From the NCBI RefSeq assembly GCF_009914755.1, contig NC_060943.1: a stretch of 64,000 nt of DNA; one strand, written 5' to 3'. Below the pieces are notes generated by a model. It worked only from the letters and a program-made list of their open reading frames with translations, was not told the origin of the DNA and ran no database searches. The position numbers and the translations under genes were made by a program. Origin of the DNA: the human T2T-CHM13v2.0 reference genome, Homo sapiens. Shown here piece by piece: positions 39,571 through 54,771 of this stretch; position 1 is the first letter of the stretch; each line of letters begins with the position of its first letter.

Positions 39571-40670
39571 CTCACCACACTTCTGTACTTTAGAATGTAC
39601 CCATTTGCTCTTTGCTGGGGCAATAGCTGTGTGTTTCTTTAGCACAGAGAGCAGAAGCACTCCACCTGTTCAGTATTCACTTTACACTTCATCACGAGTT
39701 CCCAAATAAGACTTCCAGCCTTTAGGCTAGTCTGACATCCCAATAAAAGGAGAAGGCCATAGTTAGAGAAAATGCATATGATAAAGCTTTCATTTCCCCC
39801 GGCTGAGAAGGCCAGGGCACACTGCGCTCTCCCCAGAAATGCGACCCAGCATCATTCCATCCTCCACGCTCACAGACCTATGCCCTTGTGCCCTCTCCCG
39901 CTCCCATTCCTCACTTCACCCCAGAGGGACACAGCCTGGCTTCTCCACTCAGCCCTCTCCCAACCCTATGCATACTTGATTCACGACTCCAAATATGAGT
40001 ACGAGCTTGATTACACCACACCTGGAAAGAAGGCCCTGGAACTAATTAATCTACAGTTTCCTTCACGACACAAGCCCACCGTGGAGAGGAACAGGAGTGA
40101 ACATGGCCTCCAGGAGGCTGCAACTCTACACTAAGCCAGGAGACACTGAGGACTGCCAGGGTGGGAGCTATCGATTTGTCAATACGCAAAACACAACCGG
40201 AGAGTCATTTTTTCTGCTGAGGTTACCATTTATCCCGGAAGATGCTCTTGGCATTAAAGCATGGCATGAAAGCTTCCCTTAGATGGCAGGATAAGGGAAA
40301 TGTTAGACACCCAGAGAGAGTAACTTGGCACCTGAGATTTATTAATATTTTAAATGTGGAAGGCATACATTCCAGGGCTTACTCATTGCTTCTGGGGAAG
40401 GATCCAGGTAAACAAATCCACAACATCGCTAGAAACAAAAACTCCACCTTTCCATCCTGTTCCTGCATGGGAAAATGAGGATGAGCTAATTATTCAGATA
40501 TAAGTAGTATCTTTAGGATAAAAGGATCGAAGGCCTTCGCTGTTATATCTGGGGTTTCTCCATCATACCATCCTGGGAGAACAAATTGAAATTATAATTT
40601 TATTAATGACACTCGGAAGAGTGGATCAATTTTTCCATGAACTCAGAACTTGGCAATGAAGAGACCATAC

Positions 40671-40906
40671 TGGATCATTTGAGGTCAGGAGTTCGAGACG
40701 AGCCTGGCCAACATGATGAAACCACGTCCCTACTAAAAATACAAAAAATTAGCTGGGTATGGTGGCACCCATCTGCAGTCTCAGCTACTCAGGAGGCTGG
40801 GGCAGGAGAATCACTTGAACCCAGAAGGCAGAGGTTGCAGTGAGCCAAGTCACTGCACTCCAGCCTGGGTGACAGAGGGAGACCCCGTCTCAAAAAAAAA
40901 AAAAAA
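40671..40906 (+). mobile_element. 5'-truncated AluS
   Basis: Starts at ggatcatttgaggtcaggagttcgagac; ends in A15. Confidence 0.92.
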
Positions 40907-41382
40907 GTAAACTTGGGTCAATCTGTTCCCCACCTAGGGCCTTTTCTACTTGGATGAATCTGAAAGAAAAATAAAAATGAAAATCAGAGGTCATTTTATG
41001 GGCAGATTCCAGCACCAGGATTCCCTGTGATTTGTTCAAAGAAACCTGCTCCTTTCCACGTGTCCCTTACAAAACGGGCTCTTCCTGCTTGGACCCCCTG
41101 CACTAGTCAATCCAGGTGACATGAACAGAAGTCATTTAAGGCTGTGGCTTCAGACTCCACCAGTTTCTCCAGTCTCCTAATGAGAACTGAAGAGAAGAGT
41201 CATGAGAACTGAAAGAAGAGAGAAAGAAAAATCCATCAAAACTTCATTTAGCCAAAGGAGCAAAAACTCAGGCACAAAACCGGTCAGTTAAATAATCAGT
41301 TTGCCTTGCCTTTTTGTTGTTGTTGTTAGTTTGTTTTTAACTGATTTTTTTTAATCTGCCTTTAGCAGAACCATTAGATTCT

Positions 41383-42185
41383 GGCCAGGAGTGGTGGCTT
41401 ACACCTGTAATCCTAGCACTTTAGGAGGCCAAGGCAGATGGATCACTTGAGCCTAGGAGTTCGAGACCAGCCTAGACAAAATGGTGAAACCTCATCTCTG
41501 CAATAAAGAAACATGCACAAGTTATGTTCATTGCAGCACTATCCACAATAGCAAAGATATGGAATCAACCCAAATGCTCATCAACGATAGACTGGATAAA
41601 GAAAATGTGGTACATATACACCATGGAATACTATGCAGCCATACAAAGGAATGAGATCATGTCCTTTGCAAGGACATGGGTGGAGCAGGAAGCCATTATC
41701 CTCAGCAAACTAACACAGAAACAGAAAACCAAACACCACACATTTTTACTTATGAGTGGGAGTTGAACAATGAGAACACATGGACACAGGGAGGGGAACA
41801 ACACACACTGGGGCCTGTTGGGGGAGCTGGGGGAGGGAGAGCATCAGGATAAATAGCTAATGCATGCTGGGCTTGATACCTAGGTGATGGGTTGATAGGT
41901 GCAGCAAACCACCATGGCACACGTTTACCTACGTAACAAACCTGCATGACCTGCACATGTACCCTGTACTTAAAATTAAATTAAATTTTAAAAGAATACA
42001 AAAAGTAACTGGACATGGTGGTATGCACCTGCAGTCCCAGCTACTCAGGAGGCTGAGGAGGGAGGATCACCTGGGCCTGGGGAGGTTAAAACTTCAATGA
42101 GTCCTGGTCATGCCACTGCACTCCAGCCTGGGTGACAGAGCAAGATCCTATTCCTTAAAAAAAAGAATAGAAAAAGAAAAAAAAT
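41383..42185 (+). mobile_element. AluJ split at its middle A-rich linker by an L1PA
   Basis: Left arm 41383-41502; right arm from ~41991. Confidence 0.88.
41503..41990 (+). mobile_element. 5'-truncated L1PA (PA8-PA10-like)
   Basis: ORF2 C-terminus MFIAALSTIAKIWNQPKC...TFLLMSGS* then 3' UTR gcagcaaaccaccatggcacacgtttacct. Confidence 0.95.
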
Positions 42186-42906
42186 TCTTACAGGCTTCCA
42201 AAGAAGATCTGCTGCCAGACCGTCAGCTAAAAGCAGGTGCCTTATTAAGGATAATAGGCTAAAGAGAACCTCTAACACTGTATTTCATAATTAGACTTTG
42301 CATTCTTTTCATATTATAGCACTTCAGTAAAGGATAAGACCTCAAAATAGTATACTTTCATTGTTCCCCTTTTGGACTTTATGCTATGATTGTCATACAC
42401 TTTATTTTTACCTAGATTATAAATGCTGGAGTCTATTACCACTTTTATTTAAACAGACAATTATCTTTTAGAGAGAGTTAACTAACAAGAAAAATATTCT
42501 CTACATTTCCCCTTATAGTTACAGTGGAGCTCTTCACTTTCTGTCTAGATCCATATATGATGGAAATATGGATCTTGACTTTGCATTTTTGACATACTTC
42601 CCAGACAGACTTTATAATTTGACCTAGAGATTAGGCCTGGGTCACAGAGCCCCCCGGCTGTTTCTCTGCCCTGCAGCTCTCTCTGAGGGTGCTCCCGCCT
42701 GCCAGAAAGCCCAGGTTGGAAAGGCGTCTTCTCAGAAGACTTCTCCAATCCTTTCTGCACCCATGCTCCCTCTCCAGGCATGGTGCTCCCTCTTGGTATC
42801 CGCCCACACTTTGGATGGGCCTCTCATTGCTCTTTTCATTGTCAATGCCACGTAGACACCTGCTTACCCTACTGGGCTGCCAGCTTCTGTGTGCTGGAGC
42901 TCATGA

Positions 42907-43257
<351 letters not shown>

Positions 43258-43659
43258 ATGAAGAAAGGTATTTTCAGGTTTGCTTTCTAAACAGTCTCTA
43301 GCAAATCACTCTCCATGGTTACTGTGGCGCATATTTGCCTTTCTTCTTGAAACATCCTTTCCAAGTTTAAGGCATTCTTCTCAAAGAGATGCCAGCAACT
43401 CACTTTACCAACATAACTTGCAGCTCGAGTGTGGACTTGTGACCTAGATCCTGTATTCAGGCACCATAAAACTTCACTCTAAGGAGGCAAAGACACAGCC
43501 CTGTACAGAGTCTAATCTGGTGGGCTGACTGCAGATACTTCTCACTTCTAGACACAGTGGTGGCAGTCATGCCTTATTCTGGAAACTGCTGCTGTAAGAC
43601 AGGGATATCTTATCAACATCTCAGTCGCAAGAATTGATTGAACTTGTCTTTTTTAAAAA

Positions 43660-44016
43660 AAAATTTTATTTCCATAAGTTTTTGGGGGAACAGGTGGTAT
43701 TTGGTTACATGAGTAAGTTCTTTAGTGGTGATTTGTAAGATTTTGCTGCACCCATCACCCAAGCAGTGCACACTGAACCCAATTTGTAGTCTTTTATCCC
43801 TCACCCCCCGCCACACCCTTTCCCTGAGTCCCTAAAGTCCATTGCATCGTTCTTATGCCCTTGCATCTTCACACCTTAGCTCCCACTTGTAAGTGAGAGC
43901 ATACGATTTTTGGTTTTCCTTTCCTGAGTTGCTTCACTTAGAATAATAGTCTCCAGTTCCAGCCAGGTTGTTGTGAATGCCATTAATTCATTCCTTTTTA
44001 TGGCTGAGTAGTATTC

Positions 44017-44052
<36 letters not shown>

Positions 44053-44156
44053 TGACACTTATCAGGTGCCCTATAAACATACAATAGGAGTGGCAAATAG
44101 CAGCTTGAAAACCAAATCTAGCCTGACTGTGCACTCCCTCTGGTGACCCAGTGCCT

Positions 44157-44196
<40 letters not shown>

Positions 44197-44320
44197 ATGT
44201 ATATATATATGCCACAATTTCTTTATCCACTCATTGATGTATGGGCATTTAGGCTGGCTCCAGATTTTTGCAATTGTGAATTGTGCTGCCATAAATATGC
44301 GTGTGCAAGTATCTTTTTTT
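43660..44320 (-). mobile_element. L1PB1-type 3' end containing (AT)15, a 111-bp foreign insert and (CTAT)9
   Basis: gaacaggtggtatttggttacatgagtaagttctttagtggtgattt is L1PB-type; EYYSAIKRNELMAFTTTWLELETIILSE on minus. Confidence 0.92.
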
Positions 44321-44625
44321 AAATGGACAAAGAATCATTTTTGTTTACATAAAATATTCAACATAAAAATTATTTTTTATTTATTTAAATTTTTTAAAGA
44401 TCAAGAAAAATAACTAATGGGTACTAGGCTCAGTACCTGGAGGTGTTTGTTATCAAGTAAATGGATTAAGCTGCTTGGTGTGAACACAAGGGAAAAAGCC
44501 CAGGCCTACAAGAGAAAAAGCATTAGGGGACCTTTCCACTGTTATCACAGGTGGGCCCGGCTGATGGTGGGAATGTGTGGGAAGCCAGGAGACTCCAGCC
44601 AGGGCAGCTGGGAGGGGCACTGCAC

Positions 44626-44863
44626 TGTAGACCCAGGAAATTGGAGACAGGTCTTGGTTAATTTAGAAAGTTTATTTTGCCGAGGTTGAGGACGTGCGCC
44701 CGTATATTGATGTTAATGCTGGAGAGGTAGAGTGAGGCCTGTCCAATCCCACTTCCCTTTATGGCCTGAACCAGTCTTTCAGGTTAAATTTTAAGAGCCC
44801 TGGCTGAGGAGGAAGTCCATTTAGATGGTTGGGGGGGCCTTAGAATTTTATTTTTGGTTTACA
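44626..44863 (-). mobile_element. MER4-group LTR with large internal deletion
   Basis: gagacaggtcttggttaatttagaaagtttattttgcc joined to ttaatgctggagagg...ttagaattttatttttggtttaCA; only 238 bp. Confidence 0.75.
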
Positions 44864-46537
44864 CCACAGATAGGTCTAGGCCATCTCATAGGATCCTGCA
44901 GCAGGTTCACCTTGGGTCTAGAACTGATTCAGACTTTTCCAGGAGTCTCCTCACTAGCTCTGATGCTACCACTTCCCAGGGCCCTCTTCATAAGGACCTG
45001 GGTATTCAGAGGGAGCTATAAATCAGCTCCAAGACAGAGAGGAAGAATGAATGGCAATCAAGGAAGGCTTCCCTGAGTAGGGGCAGAGCTTGTGGGCACC
45101 ATGTTCCCAAGGCACACACCTAGAAAGCGCACATACCTCTAGAGTGTGCACCCACCTCTCCAGCGGGCCCTCTCCAGGGCAAATGCACCTCCCTTGTCTC
45201 CCATGTCTGACACTTACCAGGTGCCCTATAAACATACAATAGCAGTGGCAAACAGCAGCTTGAAAGCCAAATCTAGCCTGACTGTGCACTCCCTCTGGTA
45301 ACCCAGTGCCTTTATCAATTACCTTTGACTGCCTCAAGATCAGGCAGCCCCTCTCCAGTCCCCCAGAGTCCTTGCCACTCCCTTGTCTTGCTTATTTTTT
45401 CACATTACATGAATAGCCCTGCTAGGCATTTAGATTCACCACCTTTGGAATAAGCTAAGGAAAGCAAAAATGGGATTCTGATAAAAAGAAATGAATATAG
45501 GGGCCATGCAGATGGTAGGAAAGCAAGAGTAAAAGGATGGATATAGGGGCCCTGCCCAGTGTGTTAGTGAATGATGAGAAGTCAGCCACTGCTGCTATGC
45601 AGAAAGAAGGTAGTGAAGCAGGAGGGGAGAGCCTGATTATAAACAGAGGCAGGAAGGGAGATGCACTCCGCAGCCAGAACCCTGGAAATCGGACCTTGAC
45701 CCAGTGTTCCCCAAAACCATCATTCTCACTTCGTCTTGGCAATTTTTGCCATATCTGCATACCATCTGTTCAAAACTTACTTTTTAAAATGTTTGCCTAA
45801 CTTAAAAAAAATTAAACCTCATCCTAAACAATGCTCAACATCAAATTCATGAGTTTTATGTACTAGTTTTGTTTCTTCTAATACACATTAAAATACAAAC
45901 ATTACCAAGAAAAGTCTCTGATATTATTTAAAATTATTTAACCACTGTTTCAGGCCCCCAGGTTCCACACTGAGAATCCTTTCTTAGTGTGTCTTTTGTC
46001 TAAAAGCAAGATTGAGACAAAACCTTTCACTTGAATGTAGCCACTATTTTTTTGTTTTTTGGCAAACAAATAAGCATCAACGAAACAGGATGCCTTTTCA
46101 TAGTTTTTCAGGTTTGGGACTTATTAGAATAAGGCTAATAAATCTAATAGAATCAGTCTATTCCATTAGAATAATAGGGTCCCCTTTGACATTTCATCTC
46201 AAAATCCCAATGAGTCTCCAATTGTGTTCGTCTTTCTCAATCTATTCCCTCATCTCCCTTCGTCTTCTAACCACTCTCCACTGACCTGGACACCACGAGT
46301 GGGGTGGGCCAGTGTCACCAGAGAGTCAACCTGTCAACAACTGAACTTGTTATGAGTTGACTCTGGGTCCAGACTACTGCATTCAAAAGCCATTTCACAC
46401 CTAACACCTGTGTGTTCACAAGCACATTGCTGACCTTCTTTGTGCCTCAGTTTTGTTATCTGTAAAATGGGGATGTAAACACTACCTATCTGATAAAGTC
46501 ATTGGTGAAATTGACAAGTTAGTGCATGGAAACACTT

Positions 46538-46904
46538 TGCTATGTTGTAAATGTCTCCCAAAGTTCTTGGGTTGGGAACTCTATCCCCAAGGCAACAGTG
46601 TTGAGAGGTAGAACCTTTAAGAAGTAATTAGGTCACTTCTTAATGGATTAATGGCCTGACTCATGGGAGTGGGTTATTGAAAGAGAGGGTTTCTGATAAG
46701 AGGATGAGTATGGTCCCCTTCCTCTCTCTCTCTCACCCTCCCACTTTCTGCCATGGGATGACACAGCAAGAAGGCTCTCAAAAGATTCCGGTACCTTGAT
46801 ATTGGACATCCCAGCCTCCAGAAACATGAGAAATAAATGTCTTTCCTTTATAAATTATCGAGACTGTGGTATTCAATTACGGCAACACAAAATAGGCTAA
46901 GGTA
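46538..46904 (+). mobile_element. MSTC/D-type MaLR LTR inserted in a MIR (~46350-46925)
   Basis: TGCTATG start, gggatgacacagcaagaagg, ttataaatta; TSD cactt/cacct; MIR core gtgcctcagttttgttatctgtaaaatgggg upstream. Confidence 0.85.
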
Positions 46905-47389
46905 CACCTAGAACAGTAGCTGGCACTCATGAGCCACCATGCTGGCCTGTACCAGCTTTTGACAAATTGCATCTTCCTGGACCTCCCTCCCATCAATCCA
47001 GCTTGATCTGCTGTGGAACATCCAACATTTCTCTGTATCCTGGCAGCTCAAGAACAGTTTTCTCACAGGCTTCCAAGTCATGCCATATTTGGCTTCAAGC
47101 AATCCTGTTGGCTGGATCCCCCAATGTCTCCACACATTGTCCCTGGGTCATATCTTCCCACCCTAGCTGGGTGTTCCGAGACCACCTGGGTGCATTCCCA
47201 GAGAGAGACCCTCCCTGTCCTATTCACATTTCACAGCTTTAACCCAGTTAAAGCCCTGCCTTTTCTTGGGGGCCTTCCCTGATCACCTCTTTCAGAGTTA
47301 TATGGCTGAGTGCCCTGTTTAAGTCACAGATGTTCTCATGGCTGTCCATAGGGCCCAGGGAGTTGTCGTGAAAATAGGACTCACTTATA

Positions 47390-47861
47390 CCGTATCCCCT
47401 GTGGTCTGAGGGGTGAGCAAATGACCCAGCTAAACCACTCACAGTTAGTCCTTTGGAAGGCCATATTGATTGGTCCAAGTAGGTCAGCTGAGCCAATCAA
47501 TCAGAGTCCTTCTGGAGACCACAGTGATTGGTCCAAGGAATCAGCTGAGCCAGTCAGAGTTATTCCTAAGGAACTTCTGACTGGAGTTGGTGGGAAAAGC
47601 TTCTTTCCTCTGGCAAGGCAAGCTCAGAAGACCTGGGATGAGGTGTCAGCCTTGTAGAGAAGCGAATGCTGAGGGAAGTGAGTCAGGGAGGTAAAGACAG
47701 AAAGTCCTGAGAGTATTGAGTCTCAGACTCCAGATTCCCTGCCCCGTCTGTGATTTAACATGAAAACAAGCCCAGAATCCTGACAGTGAATAAACACCCT
47801 GCCTTTTTGTTAAAGCTATCCAGAATTGGTTTATATTTCTGGAAAGTAAAGAAACTGTAAT
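47390..47861 (+). mobile_element. MLT1K-like LTR
   Basis: Repeated tgattggtccaag...agccaatcagag modules; aataaacaccctgcctttttgttaaagcta. Confidence 0.6.
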
Positions 47862-48804
47862 AGGCTGTGCTTCCCAGGCTAGCCTTTGTTATGTGTGTAT
47901 ATTTTTTAATTTAGTTGTTCACATGTTTAAGTCATCCCTGTCTATATGAGAGAGAGGAACATATCCCATGCTTCCTTCATTTCTCTCCCTACACTTGGCA
48001 CAATCTTGGGCACAAAATAGATGCTCACTAAATACGTAGGCCCACAGAGGATGCTAGAATTGGCTGGTAGGCCCAGCTGCAAACAGGAAAATTCTGGATC
48101 ACCTAGAGTCAGCCTACAAGAGTGCCCATCACAAATGTGCAGGAATCGAGTCACAGAGAATTATGGTTTTCTCAGTAAAGGTTGCTTAAAACAAAAGCCC
48201 ATTCATCTGCCTGCAGAAGACATTTAATCAATTTACATGAGGGATTTCAAAATTAGTCAGACTGTAATGAACTATGAAATACTGATTAATGCATTTTTGC
48301 AATGTTTGATTAGAAACTTAACATGTATGCGAGCACATCTTTACCATTACAGCATTTCTATGTTAATATTTGGTTCTTAACCATCGGCAGAATAGATATT
48401 CTGAATTACAGAACCAAAGTGTATTTGTGGTGAACAATATATGCACAGTTTTCCTGCTGGAAAGTGCTTCTTGATGTTCAGGAGGTGTCTCACATTTGAG
48501 GGGGTGAGTGGGAGGAAGTAGTTCATGGGATGCAGTCATTATGAAGTTGAGTATGAGCTGCTAAATTATTTGAGAGTTCTCCAGAAACCACTAGGGTAAA
48601 AGAGGCCAGCCATGTCTCCCACCCCAGCCCTCCGCTAACAACAAGGCATTCTCTGAAAGAGGAAACAATCCCAATTTTACTAAGGCAGAAGAAGCCAAAT
48701 TCTTTTGGCCAGAATTTAAATATACCACCTCAGTCAAAAATGTTTGTTAGGTTCCTCCTCAGGACAAGCAAATTATTAATTGAAACGCTTGAAAATCTTC
48801 TTGA

Positions 48805-49191
<387 letters not shown>

Positions 49192-49381
49192 CTTTCTTCT
49201 TTCTTTCTTTCTTTCTTTCTTCCTTTTCTTTCCTTCCTTTCTTTCTTTCTTTCCTTACTTTCTTTCTTTCTTTCTTTCTCTTTCCTTTCTTCTTTCTTCC
49301 ATCCCTCCCTCCCTTCCTCCCTCCCTCTCTCCCTTCCTTCCTTCCTTCCTTCTTTCCTTCCTTCCTTCCTTCCTTCTTTCT
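49192..49381. repeat. (CTTT)n/(CCTT)n polypyrimidine tract derived from an Alu tail
   Basis: Directly visible. Confidence 0.92.
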
Positions 49382-49684
<303 letters not shown>

Positions 49685-50055
49685 TGAGGACACCTCCAAA
49701 GATTTTTGTGTCTGTGTATTTCACAGAGAAGGCAAGTTAGTCTCTTTCGTATAACTGGAATGCCCTTTCTCCTGGCAAGATCAACAGAACTCCAAACATC
49801 AGGTGATGCTGGAAGTCATAAAAAGGGAAACATGCTGAATTGCAAAAATCCAATCAACTAGAAGTATGATCTTCTTAAAGTTACTTAAATCTTATTTGCA
49901 CACATGCGGAAAACATCTAAAGAGGTGGATTGACATTTTTAAAAAAGATGTGTTAAAAATTAGCTATTAAAGAATTTGAAGATAAATTCCCACAGTAGGT
50001 TTCTAAGAGCACTGATATGCTGAGCCTGGCCCCAGCCATAAGATTATCTGACAAA

Positions 50056-50443
<388 letters not shown>

Positions 50444-51744
50444 TCACATATGTGAGTGCACGCGTGGGTACACACAGAGAAACATACTTCATGATTCTTA
50501 CAAGTGCAGGCAATTATCTCACATTTAGATTTTAAGCCTCCCTTAGAATTTTAAAAATCATTATTTTGCAGGATCGCCATTATTCTGATTCATTAGCAAG
50601 GCATACTTATGAGGGTCTTAAAATAACCAGGATGCTGGACATGTAAAAACATGCTTCTTGCTGTCATGACAACTAAATAACAACAATAATGCTCACATCC
50701 GAATGACTACAGGGAACAAAGTTATTGTGCCTGAATATAGATAAGTTAATTATGGAATCATCAAAAGAACAGCAGCTCTGTCAATGCAAAGATGATTCCA
50801 AAATAATCAATAACAACAATCTTGTTTGGTAATTGGCTATTTGTTTCCAATATGGGCTCTACCTTTGGTCTGCGTGGAAATGCAGCAGGCTCTTTAGCCA
50901 GCAGAAGAGAAAAAAAAAAAAAAGGAAAATCTTTCAGTTTAGGGTTGGTGGTTGTCAGTAGCAACAAATAATGGAAAATTGCCATCTGGCTTCTTTGTTT
51001 AAATGAGATTTGAATAATCAATTTAATAATGGATAGAGCACTTGCTTACAGAAGTAATCCATTGTCATTGCTCAGAAAAAATAAAAACTTTGTCACCAGA
51101 GACAAAGCTCTGCGGTGTGACTATAGGTAAAGCAAATAAACGTCTACGTACATGCCACAATTTTTATTTTCACTGCTGACTTTACATAAACTAGAGGATA
51201 ACTCTTCCTTCTCTATGCTTAGCTTTTCACATTCTGTGTTTAATAATCAGGACAAAATCTACAGAGCAGTTGGCTTGCTACAGGCATTCAACTCCACTGA
51301 TGGTTAGTGGAGAAAGAGACACACAAATGGTAGATTTTTTTAGCACATTTTCCCCCATCATCATGTGACATATTGTGGAACAGGCCTGATTTCAGCAGAG
51401 CAGAGGAAATAAAAATGCATCTGGCTATGGGGTGTGTGTGAGTGTGAGAATGTGTGTGTGTTTCCTTTACACAGCTGCACAGCTGCAAGAGGAAAAATGC
51501 TATTCAGAAAGGAAGAACAGGGTGACACCAGGGATCACGATGACTCATTCATTTACATGATAAAAATGAAGATAGCAGGAAAGGTGTTCCTAACCCGAGC
51601 AGAAGCAGGAGTGATGACATCCAAATATGGGGCTTCTGTCATGTCGTTTTGCGTGTGTGTTTGTGTGTGTGTTTAATGAAACATGCATGTGCAGTATCCC
51701 ATTGGCCTCAAAAGACCCTTGAATCTTTGACTAAAAAATTTACT

Positions 51745-52047
<303 letters not shown>

Positions 52048-53374
52048 TTCCATGTGATTTGAAGGAGAAAAAGGGATGAAATCCAGGCCCTGTCGCATTT
52101 TGGAAAGTGGCATTCAGGATTCAAACAGCACCATCTGGGCTCTACGGACCTACGGGACTGGAAGGCGGGGGCTTCTCCTGGCCTCCACTGCTTGAAGACT
52201 AGAGGGTATTAAGGGAGGATCATCCTGGTGAATCTGGCCTTAGGCTCCTGTTTCCCCAGAACTCCCGATCCACTCGGGGCACATTCCCTTTCACCCGGCA
52301 CTGGTTTTCTCCTCGGCCTGTGTCACTCGGAAATACCCCCTGTGAGGTTTCAGGTTGTTTGCCTCTTCTCTGACTGAAGACTCATTACTGTTCACCTCTG
52401 CCCCTCTCCCAACCCAATCCACTTCTTATTTACTCTCCCAGGACATCCAATGACCAGGTCCCTCCCCAGGTCACAGTTTCATTAACCCCCTTCCTTCAAC
52501 AGGGAAGTTAGATCTGGTTGACTCTCATCCCAGAGACTCCCTCTGGGACCCAACTTGGCCCCAGGGTTACCAGCACTTCCTTGACACCAAGGCATCCCAC
52601 CATATCACCTCATCCAGTCCTGCCTTGGGCCACAGAGCCTTTTATAAAGTCTTAGATAGTTTCTCAAGTCCTCTCCACATCTAGGGGACAACTCCATTCT
52701 GGCCCCTCTTCCAGCTGGGTCTTGTGAATTCCCTAGACAGAGCCCCACAGAGACTGAGCACATTTTTCCCTGTTCTTCCCAAGACCCCCACCCTAATTCC
52801 TGGAAAAAGCAAAGCCAGGAGGCTTAACCTCTTTCACTTTTCCCCAATTATCTGAGCCATCACCTGTCACCCATACTCTATATAGGGGTATCTTCTTGCC
52901 AGGATTTCCACTGCAACATGGAAGGAAGACTTGGGAAAATTGCAGACACGTGGTTATGTGCTCATCATCGCCAACACATTCAGTCCAAACAGAATCTCCT
53001 GCGCTAAAAAAAGGAGGTGTTCTCCACCTTGCCAGCCTAATCCTGTCCTCTCTCATTTCTCCAGAACTCTAAAGGTCCCCCTTACCCCAGCAGCTTCAAT
53101 CTCCTCCTCCCTACTTGTTCCTTCTCCTGTATCCTAGTGTGCCCAGATCACCTTGTCTTGAAAAGAAAAAAAAAAATCCCTGGCCTCAGTATCCTCGGTG
53201 TCAAGCAGACCACTGAATACTCAGGTCAGGAGTCCAAGAAAGACATCCGTGGTTCCTATGCCCTCCATGGTTCAGCAAAGGACATAATTTCATTCTTTTT
53301 TGTGGCTGCATAATATTCCATAGGGTCACTTCCATTTCTATTCTTGTTTCAAAATCCTGAAAGCTCAGAAGGCA

Positions 53375-53786
53375 GGTTCATCCATGTGCTAGGGTTGCCA
53401 CAACAAAATACCACAGATGGAGGCAGGGGCTTACACAGCAGAAATTTATTTCTCAGAGTTCTAGAGGCTGGAAGTCCAAGGTGAATGTGTCAGCAAATTT
53501 GGTTTCTTCTGAGGCCTCTCTCCATGGCTTGTGGATGGCCGTTTTCTCACGGAGTCCTCTGCTCTGTGGCTTTCCCTCAGTGCTTGTGAGTCTTTGGTGT
53601 CTCTGTGTGTGACCAGCTTTCCTCTTCTTAGAAGGACACCAGTCAGATCGGATTAGAGCCCCACTCTAAGGGCTTTATTTTAATTTACTCACCTTTTAAG
53701 AGGCCCTATCTCCAAATACAACTGCATTCTCAAGTACTGGGGGTTAGAGGTGAATTTGGGATGGAGGGTACAGTTCAGCCCAGAAC
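53375..53786 (-). mobile_element. MLT1B-type MaLR LTR
   Basis: acaaaataccacaga, gaggctggaagtccaag, aaggacaccagtcagatcggattag, ctatctccaaataca, gtactgggggttag. Confidence 0.88.
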
Positions 53787-54158
53787 ACCAGGTGAGAATG
53801 TCCAAGGGTGTGCACTAAGAGAGGAATGCAGAGAAGCAGGTCACATCCCTGGGGGGCCGGGGTTGTCAGGGTCAGGAAAGAAAAAGGAGAGAGTGGATCC
53901 TAAAGGAAAAGATCAGGGTTTGGAGCAGGAGAGGCTGATCCACAGAGACGAGGACTACAGGATGGGCTGAGGAGTGACAGCAGAGAAGAAATCCTGAGAT
54001 CCAGCCATCTCCCCTCCCTTGTACCTCTGTGAAAGGGAGTGGAGCAATACTGGACACAGGCTGGATTCCTGTGGTCTGAGCAGCAAACAGGAGAGAGAAA
54101 AGCAGAGGCCAGATGCACATGGAAGGGTGATAAGCTGAGTGAAAGATAAGAGAGGCCA

Positions 54159-54771
<613 letters not shown>

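Noticed and set aside
45700-45980. Possible Charlie/hAT transposon remnant
   Set aside because: Termini only weakly similar; could not support a family call
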